Origin: Myxococcota bacterium
GTDB taxonomy: Bacteria > Myxococcota_A > UBA796 > UBA2385
Direction of reading: 5' to 3'
Length of the DNA: 24,673 nt
Assembly (NCBI GenBank): GCA_044344255.1
Contig: JBIJDH010000049.1
Coordinates: forward strand, 1-24,673
Shown: piece by piece, positions 9,211-17,789 of the stretch
Position numbering within the stretch: the stretch's first letter is position 1
Layout of the letters: every line of letters starts with the position of its first letter
Notes under the pieces: model-generated
Database searches by the model: none
The model's input: only the letters and a program-made list of their open reading frames with translations
What the model was told of the DNA's origin: nothing
Program-made: the position numbers and the translations under genes

Positions 9211-10830
9211 AAGCCTGGGGAGCCATACTTGATGGGCGTCGCTCTTCTCGTTGAGAGCGACGCCCTTCTTGTTTGCGGCGTCGATAGATTCCGCAAGTAC
9301 ATCGAAGGGTTTCTTCCAGTTGACCTTGATGCGGTCGCCATGGAATTCCGAGTTCAAGCAGAGGAATTCCAGCAGGCGTCGCTTTTCCGGGGCTTCTTGG
9401 GATTGGAATAGTTCAAGCGCCATTCCCGCGAGTTCAAGCAAGGCGATGCCCTCTTCGGTGTAGGAGCGGTCGGCCCCCTCGTGGCGGGCCAGCTCGGCGC
9501 GGACGTGGGCCATCTCCTCCCGCCAGGTGTTGGAGCGCTCCTCGTAACGCTCCACCGACAGACGCCCGTCGAGCCGGTCGTCGTAGGCGGTGTCGAGCTT
9601 GCGCTGGAGGCCGGCGTACTGCTTCTGGAGGCGGTCGACCGCGGCCTTGTGGTGGCGCTGCTCGTCCTCGTGGGAGGAGCGGAGGGCGGTCTTGAGCCAG
9701 TCGAGCACGTCGCCGTCGAGGTGCAGGCGGCGGAGCTGGTCCGCGAACATGGCCCCCAGCACCTCCTCGCGGACAAATTTGGGCTTTCGGTCGGCGCGCT
9801 GACAGGCGTTGCAGTGGTAGTAGATGTACCTCTGCTTCTGGATCTCCCCGACGAGCAGACGCTTGTCTCCCAGCTCGGCGCAGACGCCGCAGGTGACGAT
9901 GCCGTTGAAGGCGAAGTGGTGCTTCTGCACCGCTGGGTGGGTGGTCCCACGGCCCGTCATGATGTCTTGCACTCGCTCCCACAGCTCAGGGCTCACAATG
10001 GCCGGGTGCGAGCCCTGGTGCCAGACCCCCTGCCAGAAATACTCGCCCTTGTAGAGCGGGTTCTTCAGCATGAGGTGGATGGTGGCGATCTGGAGGCGGT
10101 TGCCCTTCTTCGTGAGCACCCCGTCGCCGAGCGCCGCCTTCTCCAGCTCCTTCAGGGTGAAGTGGCCCGTGGCGTAGCGCTCGAAGAGGCGGCGGGCGAC
10201 GTCGGCCCGCTCGGGGTCGAGGGCGATGATGCGCTTGCCGTCGGGGCGCGAGACGTTGAGGTAGCCGAAGGGCGCCGGGCCCGGCCAGATGCCCTGCTCC
10301 GCCTTCTCCAGCATCCCCTTCTTGACCTCCTCGGAGAGGTTGTCGATGTAGTTCTTCGCCATCAGCACCTTGATGCCGTGGATGAACTTCTCGTGGGAGC
10401 GCGAGCTCTCGGAGAGGACGATGTTCTCCTTGACGAGGTGGATCTCGAGGTCCATCCCGTCGAGCTCGACCCAATCCTTGAGGTTGCGGTAGAGACGGTC
10501 CGTCTTCTCGACGAGGATGACCTTGCAGGTCGAGTGACGGCGGAGCCAGGTGAGCATCTTGCCGAAGCTGGTGCGCCCCGCCTTCTTCGCCGTCTCCACG
10601 TCGGTGAACTCCTCCAGGATCTTGAAGCCCGCGGACTCGGCGTAGCTCCGCAGCACCTTCTGCTGGGCCGGGATGCTGAAGCCCTCCTTCTCTTGGTCCT
10701 TCGAGGAGACACGGGCGTACAGGACCGCCGGCACCAGCGGCTTCGGGGGCGGCACCAAGGCCGGCCGAGGGGACGCGCGGGCGGGAGCGACGGGCGAAGA
10801 GGGCTTCAGCGCAGCGGAAGATCGGGACAT
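9157..10830 (-). CDS. Large serine recombinase/integrase (resolvase, recombinase, Zn ribbon and coiled-coil domains)
   Basis: AVLYARVSSKDQ (catalytic Ser), VEKTDRLYRN, GIWPGPAPFGY, LKNPLYKG, HPAIVSPELWERVQ, CGVC...CNAC, coiled coil, C-terminal WLP. AAGGAG SD 7 nt before the ATG. Confidence 0.97.
   Translation of the reverse strand: MSRSSAALKPSSPVAPARASPRPALVPPPKPLVPAVLYARVSSKDQEKEGFSIPAQQKVLRSYAESAGFKILEEFTDVETAKKAGRTSFGKMLTWLRRHSTCKVILVEKTDRLYRNLKDWVELDGMDLEIHLVKENIVLSESSRSHEKFIHGIKVLMAKNYIDNLSEEVKKGMLEKAEQGIWPGPAPFGYLNVSRPDGKRIIALDPERADVARRLFERYATGHFTLKELEKAALGDGVLTKKGNRLQIATIHLMLKNPLYKGEYFWQGVWHQGSHPAIVSPELWERVQDIMTGRGTTHPAVQKHHFAFNGIVTCGVCAELGDKRLLVGEIQKQRYIYYHCNACQRADRKPKFVREEVLGAMFADQLRRLHLDGDVLDWLKTALRSSHEDEQRHHKAAVDRLQKQYAGLQRKLDTAYDDRLDGRLSVERYEERSNTWREEMAHVRAELARHEGADRSYTEEGIALLELAGMALELFQSQEAPEKRRLLEFLCLNSEFHGDRIKVNWKKPFDVLAESIDAANKKGVALNEKSDAHQVWLPRLVGRGNLDGPDSLPAGAR
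9214..9225 (+). other. Candidate att core resembling a tRNA 3' end (CCTGGGGAGCCA, tRNA-Asn-like)
   Basis: Ends in NCCA and encodes W-L-P-R of the recombinase on the opposite strand. No T-arm (GGTTCGA) precedes it, so it is not an intact tRNA. Confidence 0.5.
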
Positions 10831-10840
10831 CGGCGGGCTC

Positions 10841-10888
10841 CTTGAATCAAATATTAGCCTCTTTCAAGTTGACATAATATTCGAGGCT
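10841..10888. promoter_or_regulatory. AT-rich divergent control region with an inverted repeat
   Basis: TCAAATATTA (10847-10856) and TAATATTCGA (10875-10884) form an inverted repeat with 1 mismatch. TTGACA at 10869. Lies between the recombinase and the divergent operon. Confidence 0.45.
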
Positions 10889-10987
10889 ACGCAAGCACGT
10901 CGGACATGTTTTGACCGACCCCCGTCTCACCCCTTGCACCTGAACGCGCGTACAGGGTATTTCGGGACCGTTGGAAGGGCGAACGTG

Positions 10988-12161
10988 ATGCTCCTCGCAA
11001 GATCGATCTCGGACGGCGGCCGAGCGGCCAGCCTCTTTCCCTCTCACGGCCTCCGCCAGCTCGTCCTCCGGCACCGCGACGCCTGCGCCCGCCAGGGCCT
11101 GGACGCCCGGGTGCTCGACGAGGCGCGCGATGAGCAGGTGCTCGCCTGGCTCCGCGCGGCCGGTCGCCTGCTCCCTCCCGGCCTCGCCACCGATCTCGAG
11201 CGCATCGACGAGCTGACCGACGAGGCCGGTGGGGCCCTGCTCCTCGACGTCGGCGCGGACGTCGGCGTCGATCTCCGGCAGCTCGGCCGCGACCCCGTCA
11301 CCGTCGCCGTCGCCGCCTTCCTCGACCACCCTGCCCTCTTCGAGCGGGCGCACGGGCGGCGCACGGCCGAGTCGCTCCGCGGCGCCTCCGAGTTCGCCGG
11401 CCGCGCCAGCGCCGCGCCGCGGGCCTTCCACCTCGACGCCCTCCGCAGCCTCGAGGCCCACCTCGGCGCCCAGTTCGACCGCAGGGGCCGCAGCCCGCAC
11501 TGCCGCATCGGCTGCGGTCGCGACGGCGCCCGCTGGGTCTTCTCCGTGGCCCACGGCGCGCTCATCCGCTGCGACGAGGCCCTCGAGGACGCTCTCCTCC
11601 CCGACGGCTTCCTCGGCGCGCCGACCTACCTCGCCGAGCGTCCCATCCAGTACCGGCCTCAGCGCCGGGACGTCGTCGTCTACGACGCGCACGACGGCAC
11701 CCTCCGCGTCCAGGCCGCCGACGCCCCCACCCTACACGCCTACCGCCGCGGCTTCGGCGAGCTGCTCCACGGGGACGCCGACTGGTTCGGCGAGGGGCCG
11801 GTGGTGAGCCTGGAGCCCCTCGTCGAGCGCGGCCCCGCCATCGAGGCGCCGACGCCCGGGCTGCGGGAGGTCCGCCTCGTGGGGCTGCTGGTCCCGCTAC
11901 CGCGTGGGCCGCGTGGGCACCATCGCCCTCGACTCCGACGAGCTCTGGCCCTTCCTCGCGGAGCGCCTGGGAGGGCTCGCCGATGGCGAGCTCCTCGAGG
12001 CCACCTTTCGGGTGAGCCGAGCCGGGGCGGCCCGTTCGGCCCTGGCCCGCGTGCGCGTCCCGAACCGCGTCGAGTACGGCCGGGTCGAGGAGGAGGCCCT
12101 CCGCCCCTGGCTGGAGGCGCGGGGCCTCCTGGCCCGTTCAACCGCCCGGGGCGCGCGATGA
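10988..12161 (+). pseudogene. Hypothetical mobile-element protein (about 390 aa) with a 1-nt frameshift at 11893-11895
   Basis: Removing one C from GTCCCGCTAC gives ..GLLVRYRVGRVGTIALDSDELWPFL..EARGLLARSTARGAR*, ending in an ATGA overlap with the next gene. The uncorrected frame becomes R/P/G low-complexity at that point. Confidence 0.8.
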
Positions 12162-13129
12162 AGCCCTTCTGGTCGCTCTTGGCCAAGCACTGGCCCCTCT
12201 CCATGCCCCGCACCCACCTGGAGGCCCTCATCGGCCTCGACCGTGTCGCCGGTCTCGTCGCGGCGGGGCTGCTGGAGGGGCTCGCGCTCCAAGACGGGGA
12301 GACGGTCCCTTGCCACTGCTGCGGGGGCTCCGCCCGCCTGGTGGACGAGGGAGAGGAGATGGTGGCCGCCTGCACGGGCACCTTCGCCTGCCCGGTCGAG
12401 CACCTGGGCCCCTCCCCCGAGCGCCTGCGCGTGGAGCCCATCGCCTTCGCGCGGACCGTCCAACGGGCGCTCTCCCTGGATGGACAGCCCGGCGAACCCG
12501 CCCCCATCGTCCCGCTCGGACGGCGAGCCCTCGGCGACCAGACGGTGGCCTTCGACCTCGTGGGCCGACCGGGTCGGATCGGTCTGGTCGACGCCCTCTA
12601 CCGCCTCGCCCGCGGGGGGCCCTCGCTGCGCGTCCTGCTTGTACCCGACGGTCACCGCCTCTCCGCCGACATGCCCTCCGAGCTCGGCGGTGTGGACCTG
12701 CTCTGGGTGGGCCTCGACGAGCTGCTCATCGTCGAGGGCGGCGTGCGGGCTGACCTCCGCGCCCTCACCCGGCGCCGGACCTTCCCGGGCTTCGCCGTCC
12801 CAGCCCTTCGGTCGGAACCGGTCGTCGAGCCGGCCCCGGCATCGAAGGCCGAGGCGCCGTTCCACCTCACGCCCAAGGCGGAGCGGCTACTCCGAGCGCT
12901 GTCGGAGCGCCCCGGCGTGCTGATCTCCAAGATCGACCTTCGCGCGGCGGTGTGGCCCGAGGACCACACGCGGACCGGCCAGCTCCCCCGAAGCGCCAAC
13001 CCGGACCTCTATGACACCCGGTTGAGACAGCTCGTGGCCGAGCTCCGCGGTGCCCTCGGAGAGGCCGCCATCGAGGCCAGGCGGGGAGACGAGCGGGTCG
13101 GGGGCTATCGCCTCACTCCGTCGCGGTAG
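12158..13129 (+). CDS. Putative transcriptional regulator with N-terminal Cys cluster and C-terminal OmpR/trans_reg_C-like winged helix
   Basis: MKPFWSLL... start at an ATGA overlap. CHCC..C..C cluster, then HLTPKAERLLRALSERPGVLISKIDLRAAVW...LRQLVAELRGALG...GYRL. Confidence 0.75.
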   Translation: MKPFWSLLAKHWPLSMPRTHLEALIGLDRVAGLVAAGLLEGLALQDGETVPCHCCGGSARLVDEGEEMVAACTGTFACPVEHLGPSPERLRVEPIAFARTVQRALSLDGQPGEPAPIVPLGRRALGDQTVAFDLVGRPGRIGLVDALYRLARGGPSLRVLLVPDGHRLSADMPSELGGVDLLWVGLDELLIVEGGVRADLRALTRRRTFPGFAVPALRSEPVVEPAPASKAEAPFHLTPKAERLLRALSERPGVLISKIDLRAAVWPEDHTRTGQLPRSANPDLYDTRLRQLVAELRGALGEAAIEARRGDERVGGYRLTPSR

Positions 13130-13518
13130 CAGACGCAGTCGAGGTCTCGGGGGGGTTGGCCCCAAGGTTCGGCCTCCCCCACGGCAGACGCACGGCGGTC
13201 GCGGGACGGGCGTGCGGTCGCGCACGCCACCGGCACCCCCCGGGGCGGTCTCGATCATCCGATCGGAGCCCGCCGGGAGTCCCGGCGCGCCGACCATGGG
13301 CGGGTTCGGGCGGTCGGCGAAGGCCGACCTAACAATAAGATCACAATCGGAAACGCAAATAGCGCTCTTGAAATCTAATCAAGCATCGACAGCGCTTGCT
13401 GAACGGCGGTTCATTCTCGCTCCGAATCCCCGCGGGGCCAAAATGAACGCACATTCAACGAACGGAACGTCTCGGGGCGGCGGCCTATCGGAGGGGGGTC
13501 AGCCACCGAGACCCACCG

Positions 13519-13773
13519 ATGCCCGCCCCCACCGTCCCCGCTGTCCCCCTGGAGCTCGCCGAGAGCGCGCGGAGCCACTTCCAGCGCCGCTACGCCGAGC
13601 CCTTGAGCTCCGATGACGGCTTGGAGATCGCCACCAACGTCCTCGGGGCCTTCGGGATCCTGCGGGAGTGGCGAGACCGGCGGGCCGCCGAGGGCCCGGC
13701 GCTGACGCCCACCCCGCCGCGCCTCGCGCCGAAGCGCGCGCGGTCCGTCCGCCCCAGCACCCGCCCGGAGTAG
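13519..13773 (+). CDS. Small hypothetical protein (84 aa)
   Basis: High-GC3 ORF with plausible amphipathic helices (FQRRYAEPLSSDDGLEIATNVLGAFGILREW); ends 3 nt before the BRO-N gene. Confidence 0.6.
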   Translation: MPAPTVPAVPLELAESARSHFQRRYAEPLSSDDGLEIATNVLGAFGILREWRDRRAAEGPALTPTPPRLAPKRARSVRPSTRPE

Positions 13774-13776
13774 TCC

Positions 13777-14565
13777 ATGTGCCTCCTTTTCGAAGCCGAC
13801 TTTGACGGTCACCCCATCCACGTCCTCCACCTCCGCGGCCGCGTGGCCTTCCTGGCCCTCGAGCTCGGGGCCGCCGCCGGCTACGAGGAGGCCGGGCAGC
13901 GCTTCGTCGACCAGATCGTGCGAGAGTGGGCCGCCTCCCTCGATGAGGACGACGACGTCGCCCAGCTCACCGGCAAGGAGCTGGAGGCCCTCCGGCGCGA
14001 GCTCCCCGCGCTCCCGCCCACGCCGAGCGTCCTCGTGCTCTTCCTGACGGGCGCGGTGACCAGCCTCTTGCGCTCCCGCGCGCGGTTCGCGGGGGGGCTC
14101 GTGCGCTTCCTCCACGATGAGGTCCTCTCGCGCGGGCTCACGATCCGCCCGGCCGGCGGGCCCACCGACGATGGGCGCGGCGGCGCGGCCCCTGCGGCGC
14201 TCCCCCGTCCCCCCTTCACCCTCCACGTCGCGGCGATGGGCCGCGAATCGATCCCGGGGACCCCGATGGAGGAGGCCCCGATCGGCGAGGCCCCGACGAC
14301 GGCGCTCCCCCTCGCGGCCGAGCTCGACCGCGCCCGGCGCCAGGTGCGCCGCCTGCGCGCGCTGCTGGGCGAGGTCTATGGGCTGGTCAGCGGCGTCGAC
14401 GCCCTCGAGCGCCTCGCGGTGGACCTCCGCGGCGAGGGCCTCATCAACGATGCGCAGTGGGCCGCCCTGCGGGTGGAGGCCGCCGAGGAGCGCCTGGGCC
14501 GACGGCTCCGCGCCCCGCTGCCGACCTTCGGCTCGGTCGAGGCCGCCCCGCTCGCCGCGGCCTGA
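13777..14565 (+). CDS. BRO-N family (antirepressor-like) protein, divergent
   Basis: FDGHPIHVLHLRGRVAFLALELGAAAGY...VLVLFLTGAVTSLLRSRARFAGGLVRFLHDEVL follows the BRO-N pattern; helical C-terminus. Confidence 0.7.
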   Translation: MCLLFEADFDGHPIHVLHLRGRVAFLALELGAAAGYEEAGQRFVDQIVREWAASLDEDDDVAQLTGKELEALRRELPALPPTPSVLVLFLTGAVTSLLRSRARFAGGLVRFLHDEVLSRGLTIRPAGGPTDDGRGGAAPAALPRPPFTLHVAAMGRESIPGTPMEEAPIGEAPTTALPLAAELDRARRQVRRLRALLGEVYGLVSGVDALERLAVDLRGEGLINDAQWAALRVEAAEERLGRRLRAPLPTFGSVEAAPLAAA

Positions 14566-14620
14566 TCGCCGAGCCCCGCCGACTCCCCGCTCCACCCGCC
14601 CCCTCCCGCGGAGGTGCCGC

Positions 14621-15301
14621 ATGCGCGCCACCTGGGTCCAGCTCTCCAAGCTGGCCATCCCCCACGTCGCCCACCGCCACGGAGGCGACGGCCCCGGCGC
14701 GGTGCGCCTGCTGCCCCTCCCCAAGGCGCTGCCCCCGCACCGGGTCGCGGACTCCGACGAGGGCCTGCCCACCGTCACCTTCGCCGTCTACGGGGAGGGC
14801 CAGCGCCGCGGCCTCGAGGGGCTCCTGCAGGTCACGGCCCTCGTCTTCGAGCACGTCGGGCTCTCCGGCGACGCGGCGACGGCGGTCCTCCACCGCCTGC
14901 ACGCGCTCCGCTTCGCCCACCTCGCCTTCCGCTCCGCCCCCTGGGGCGACGACGGAGAAGACGAGGCTTCCTTCTGCGTGGTCGTCCCCCTGAGCCGCCC
15001 CCTCAGCCCCGAGGAGCACGGCGCCGCCTGGCAGGCGCTCCACGGCGACCTCGGCGGACTCGCCCGGCCGGGCGGAGCGGTCGCGGGTCGAGCCTGGACG
15101 GTGCCTTGGTGTCCGCGCTCCCCCGTCGTTCCGGTCGCCTACGCGCTGCGCGACGGCTTCGTCGCGGACCCGGGCTCCCTCCTCGCGCCGCGGACCTTCG
15201 CCGACGAGCCGATGTCGCCGCCGTCCGAGCGCCGACCAGCGCCCAAGCGCCCGCGCAGCCGCGCGCCGCGGGCGCAGCCGACACCGCGAGGGCCGCGATG
15301 A
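14621..15301 (+). CDS. Degenerate, apparently inactive AEP primase-like protein; paralog of the next gene
   Basis: GGAGGT SD before ATG 14621. Colinear similarity to the 15298 product (VTALVFEH/VTALALDFDH, FCVVVPL/FRVVVPL, AAWQALHGDLGG/AAWAALHHELGG, RAWTVPWCP/RIWFLPSCP, LRDG/ARDG). Confidence 0.75.
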   Translation: MRATWVQLSKLAIPHVAHRHGGDGPGAVRLLPLPKALPPHRVADSDEGLPTVTFAVYGEGQRRGLEGLLQVTALVFEHVGLSGDAATAVLHRLHALRFAHLAFRSAPWGDDGEDEASFCVVVPLSRPLSPEEHGAAWQALHGDLGGLARPGGAVAGRAWTVPWCPRSPVVPVAYALRDGFVADPGSLLAPRTFADEPMSPPSERRPAPKRPRSRAPRAQPTPRGPR

Positions 15302-16197
15302 GGGGCCCCTTCATCCGCGTCCACGCCCATCCCCTCCCCTTCGTCACCTGGGCCGATGAGACCGACCGGCGAGGGGTCGCCTGCGTCGCGCCCCTGCCCA
15401 CCGCGCTCCCCGTCCACGCGCCGCGCCCGACGAAGCTCGGCAGCCCAGCAGTCTCCTTCATCACGAGGAGGCCGGGGGCGCGTCGCGGCAAAGCCGGCGT
15501 GACCGGCGTCACCGCCCTCGCCCTCGACTTCGACCACGTCTCGACCCGGGTCGCGCGGGCCGTCGCGGTGGCGCTGCGCGAGCGCGGGCTCGCCCACGTC
15601 CTCTACAGCTCCTTCAGCCACCGGGAGCGCGGCCCCGAGGACAACTGCTTCCGCGTGGTGGTGCCCCTCGTCGAGCTCCTCCTCCCCGGCGACCAGCCCG
15701 CCGCCTGGGCCGCCCTCCACCACGAGCTCGGCGGCCACGCCGACCTCCGCGCCCGCGACCTCGCCCGCATCTGGTTCCTGCCCTCCTGCCCCGATGAACG
15801 CCGCGCGTTGGCGGTCTACCAGGCCCGGGACGGCCACCTGCTCGACGGGCAGGCCCTCCTCGCGGCCCACCCCGACCTCGGTGACCTCCGCCCCGAGCTC
15901 CGCCCACGGCGGCCCCTCGCCCCCGTCTCCCTCCCCGCCGACCGCGCCCTCCAGGTCGCCCGCCACCGGCTCAACCACGAGGTGGAGGCCCGGGAGCGGG
16001 TGGCCGCCTTCCTCAACGCACGCTGCCTGGGCAACCGCGCGACGGGGGTCCGCTGCCCGGCTTGCGGTCGCCCCTCCGTCTGGTTCTGGCTCGACCCCAC
16101 CCGCCGCCACACCGCGAGCTGCAACCACCGGAAGAGCTGCGGCTGGTGGGGCTTCCTCGACGCTCTGGTCGAGCAGGCGGGGGACGCTCATGGCTGA
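15298..16197 (+). CDS. AEP-superfamily primase(-polymerase) with C-terminal Zn finger
   Basis: LALDFDH (DxD), YSSFSH, FRVVVPL, D..ARDLARIWFLP, and CPAC...CNHRKSC. ATGA overlap at 15298. Confidence 0.85.
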   Translation: MRGPFIRVHAHPLPFVTWADETDRRGVACVAPLPTALPVHAPRPTKLGSPAVSFITRRPGARRGKAGVTGVTALALDFDHVSTRVARAVAVALRERGLAHVLYSSFSHRERGPEDNCFRVVVPLVELLLPGDQPAAWAALHHELGGHADLRARDLARIWFLPSCPDERRALAVYQARDGHLLDGQALLAAHPDLGDLRPELRPRRPLAPVSLPADRALQVARHRLNHEVEARERVAAFLNARCLGNRATGVRCPACGRPSVWFWLDPTRRHTASCNHRKSCGWWGFLDALVEQAGDAHG

Positions 16198-17422
16198 GGC
16201 CCGCGACACCGTCCTGGCCCTCGCCGGTGTGGAGGCGATGGAGGGCGACCCTGGCGTCCTCGAACAGCTCGAGATGGACCGGGGGCGGCCCTCAGCCACC
16301 CTGGGCAACCTCGTGACCATCCTCCGCGACGACCCGCGCTTCGCCGGGCGCCTCGCCTTCGACGAATTCCGCCTCCACCTCACCCTGGACGGGCAGCGGG
16401 TCACCGACACCGATGAGACCGCCCTCAACGTGGAGATCGGCGCCTGCTACGGCCTCCGGGTGGGCTCGGCGCTGGTGGGCGAGGCCATGCGCCACGTCGG
16501 TCGGGACAACCCCAAGCACCCGGTTCGGGACTACCTCCAGGGGCTCACCTGGGACAAGACCCCGCGGATCAGGACCTGGCTGCGAGAACACCTCGGCGCC
16601 CCGGACAGCCTCTTCGTCCAGCACGCGGGCGCCTGCTTCCTCATCGGGGCCGTGGCGCGGGTGATGCAGCCCGGCTGCAAGCTCGACACCATGCTCGTCC
16701 TCCACGGGCCGCAGGGCATCGGCAAGAGCCAGGCCCTCGCCGCGCTCGCCGGCCGTGGATGGTTCTCCGACTCCCCCATCGACTTTGGCACCAAGGACGC
16801 CTACCAGGTCTTGCCCGGCGTCTGGCTCTACGAGGTCGCCGAGCTCGACAGCCTGCGGCGGACCGAGGCGAGCGCCATCAAGGCCTTCCTCTCGGCCCCC
16901 GTGGACCACTACCGCCCCGCCTACGGCCGGAACGTCATCGACCAGCCGCGCCAGTCGGTGTTCGTGGGCACGACCAACGAGCCTGAGTTTTTAAGAGACC
17001 AGACCGGGAGCCGGCGGTTCTGGCCCGTCCCCATCCGCTTCGCCGATCTGGATGGACTCGCCGCAGCGCGGGACCAGCTCTGGGCCGAGGCGCTGCACGC
17101 GTACAAAGCCGGGGCCGCTTGGTGGTTCGACGGGGACATCGAGCAAGACCGCGTCGCCGCCTCCGACCGCTTCCGTGAGGTCGACGCCTGGGAGGACCCC
17201 GTCGCCTCCTGGGCCGACGAGCGCACCGCCCCCTTCTCGGTGGCCGACGTGCTCACGGGCGTGCTGGGCAAGCCCCTGTCGCAGCAGGACCGACGGGATA
17301 GCATGCGTGTGGCGGGGATCCTCGCCCGCCTTGGCTTCGAGAAGCGTAGAGTGCGGGCTCCGGGATGCCGCTCGACCCTCTGGTGGCGGCGGTTGCCCGG
17401 CGAAGAGGAGGAGGAGGGATGA
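16190..17422 (+). CDS. VirE/VapE (virulence-associated E) family P-loop ATPase, putative replicative helicase
   Basis: HPVRDYL..LTWDKTPR, LHGPQGIGKS, YEVAELD, YRPAYGR, FVGTTN, DQTGSRRFWPV, RDQLWAEA. ATG 16190 overlaps the primase 3' end. Confidence 0.93.
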   Translation: MAEARDTVLALAGVEAMEGDPGVLEQLEMDRGRPSATLGNLVTILRDDPRFAGRLAFDEFRLHLTLDGQRVTDTDETALNVEIGACYGLRVGSALVGEAMRHVGRDNPKHPVRDYLQGLTWDKTPRIRTWLREHLGAPDSLFVQHAGACFLIGAVARVMQPGCKLDTMLVLHGPQGIGKSQALAALAGRGWFSDSPIDFGTKDAYQVLPGVWLYEVAELDSLRRTEASAIKAFLSAPVDHYRPAYGRNVIDQPRQSVFVGTTNEPEFLRDQTGSRRFWPVPIRFADLDGLAAARDQLWAEALHAYKAGAAWWFDGDIEQDRVAASDRFREVDAWEDPVASWADERTAPFSVADVLTGVLGKPLSQQDRRDSMRVAGILARLGFEKRRVRAPGCRSTLWWRRLPGEEEEEG

Positions 17423-17434
17423 GGGGCGAACCGC

Positions 17435-17690
17435 TGGCCATACCTGGCCATACCTGGCCACACCTCGGTGCTGAAGGTATGGCCACCGGAAAGACCGATC
17501 GGAACTGCATTTCCAGCCCTGGCCATACCTGGCCATACCTCATCGCAATTAGAGGATATACACCCCAATACCTCCAATTGGGAGTAGGTATGGCCAGGTA
17601 TGGCCACCTCCAAAGGGCAGCCCGAACCAACCGATTCCTGGCCATACCCCTGCCATGAAGGTACGGCCAGGTATGGCCAAGGTGTGGCCA
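17435..17690. repeat. Iteron array, putative replication origin 1 (12 copies of a TGGCCAYACC-like unit)
   Basis: Forward copies at 17435, 17445, 17455, 17520, 17530, 17639. Reverse copies at 17476, 17587, 17597, 17660, 17670, 17681. AT-richer central spacer; immediately downstream of the VirE gene. Confidence 0.85.
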
Positions 17691-17739
17691 GCGGGGACTC
17701 TCTTCCATTCCCAGCGGCGCCCCGGACTGGCAGCTTCGG

Positions 17740-17768
17740 TTGAGTCGAGCCCCCGGCCGGAGTAGGCT
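17740..17768 (+). promoter_or_regulatory. Sigma70-like promoter for the cargo gene
   Basis: TTGAGT-N17-TAGGCT; both hexamers and the spacing are conserved in the copy at 20503-20531. Confidence 0.6.
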
Positions 17769-17789
17769 CCAGACTCGGCGAGGTCGACG

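Noticed and set aside
9150..9225. Intact tRNA gene
   Set aside because: Only a 3'-terminal 12-mer resembles a tRNA; there is no T-loop or cloverleaf upstream.
10869..10900. Sigma70 promoter anchored on the perfect TTGACA
   Set aside because: There is no acceptable -10 hexamer 16-18 bp downstream.
10673..13129. 818-aa single protein from the ORF track
   Set aside because: The start overlaps the recombinase on the opposite strand, and the fusion results from a 1-nt frameshift.
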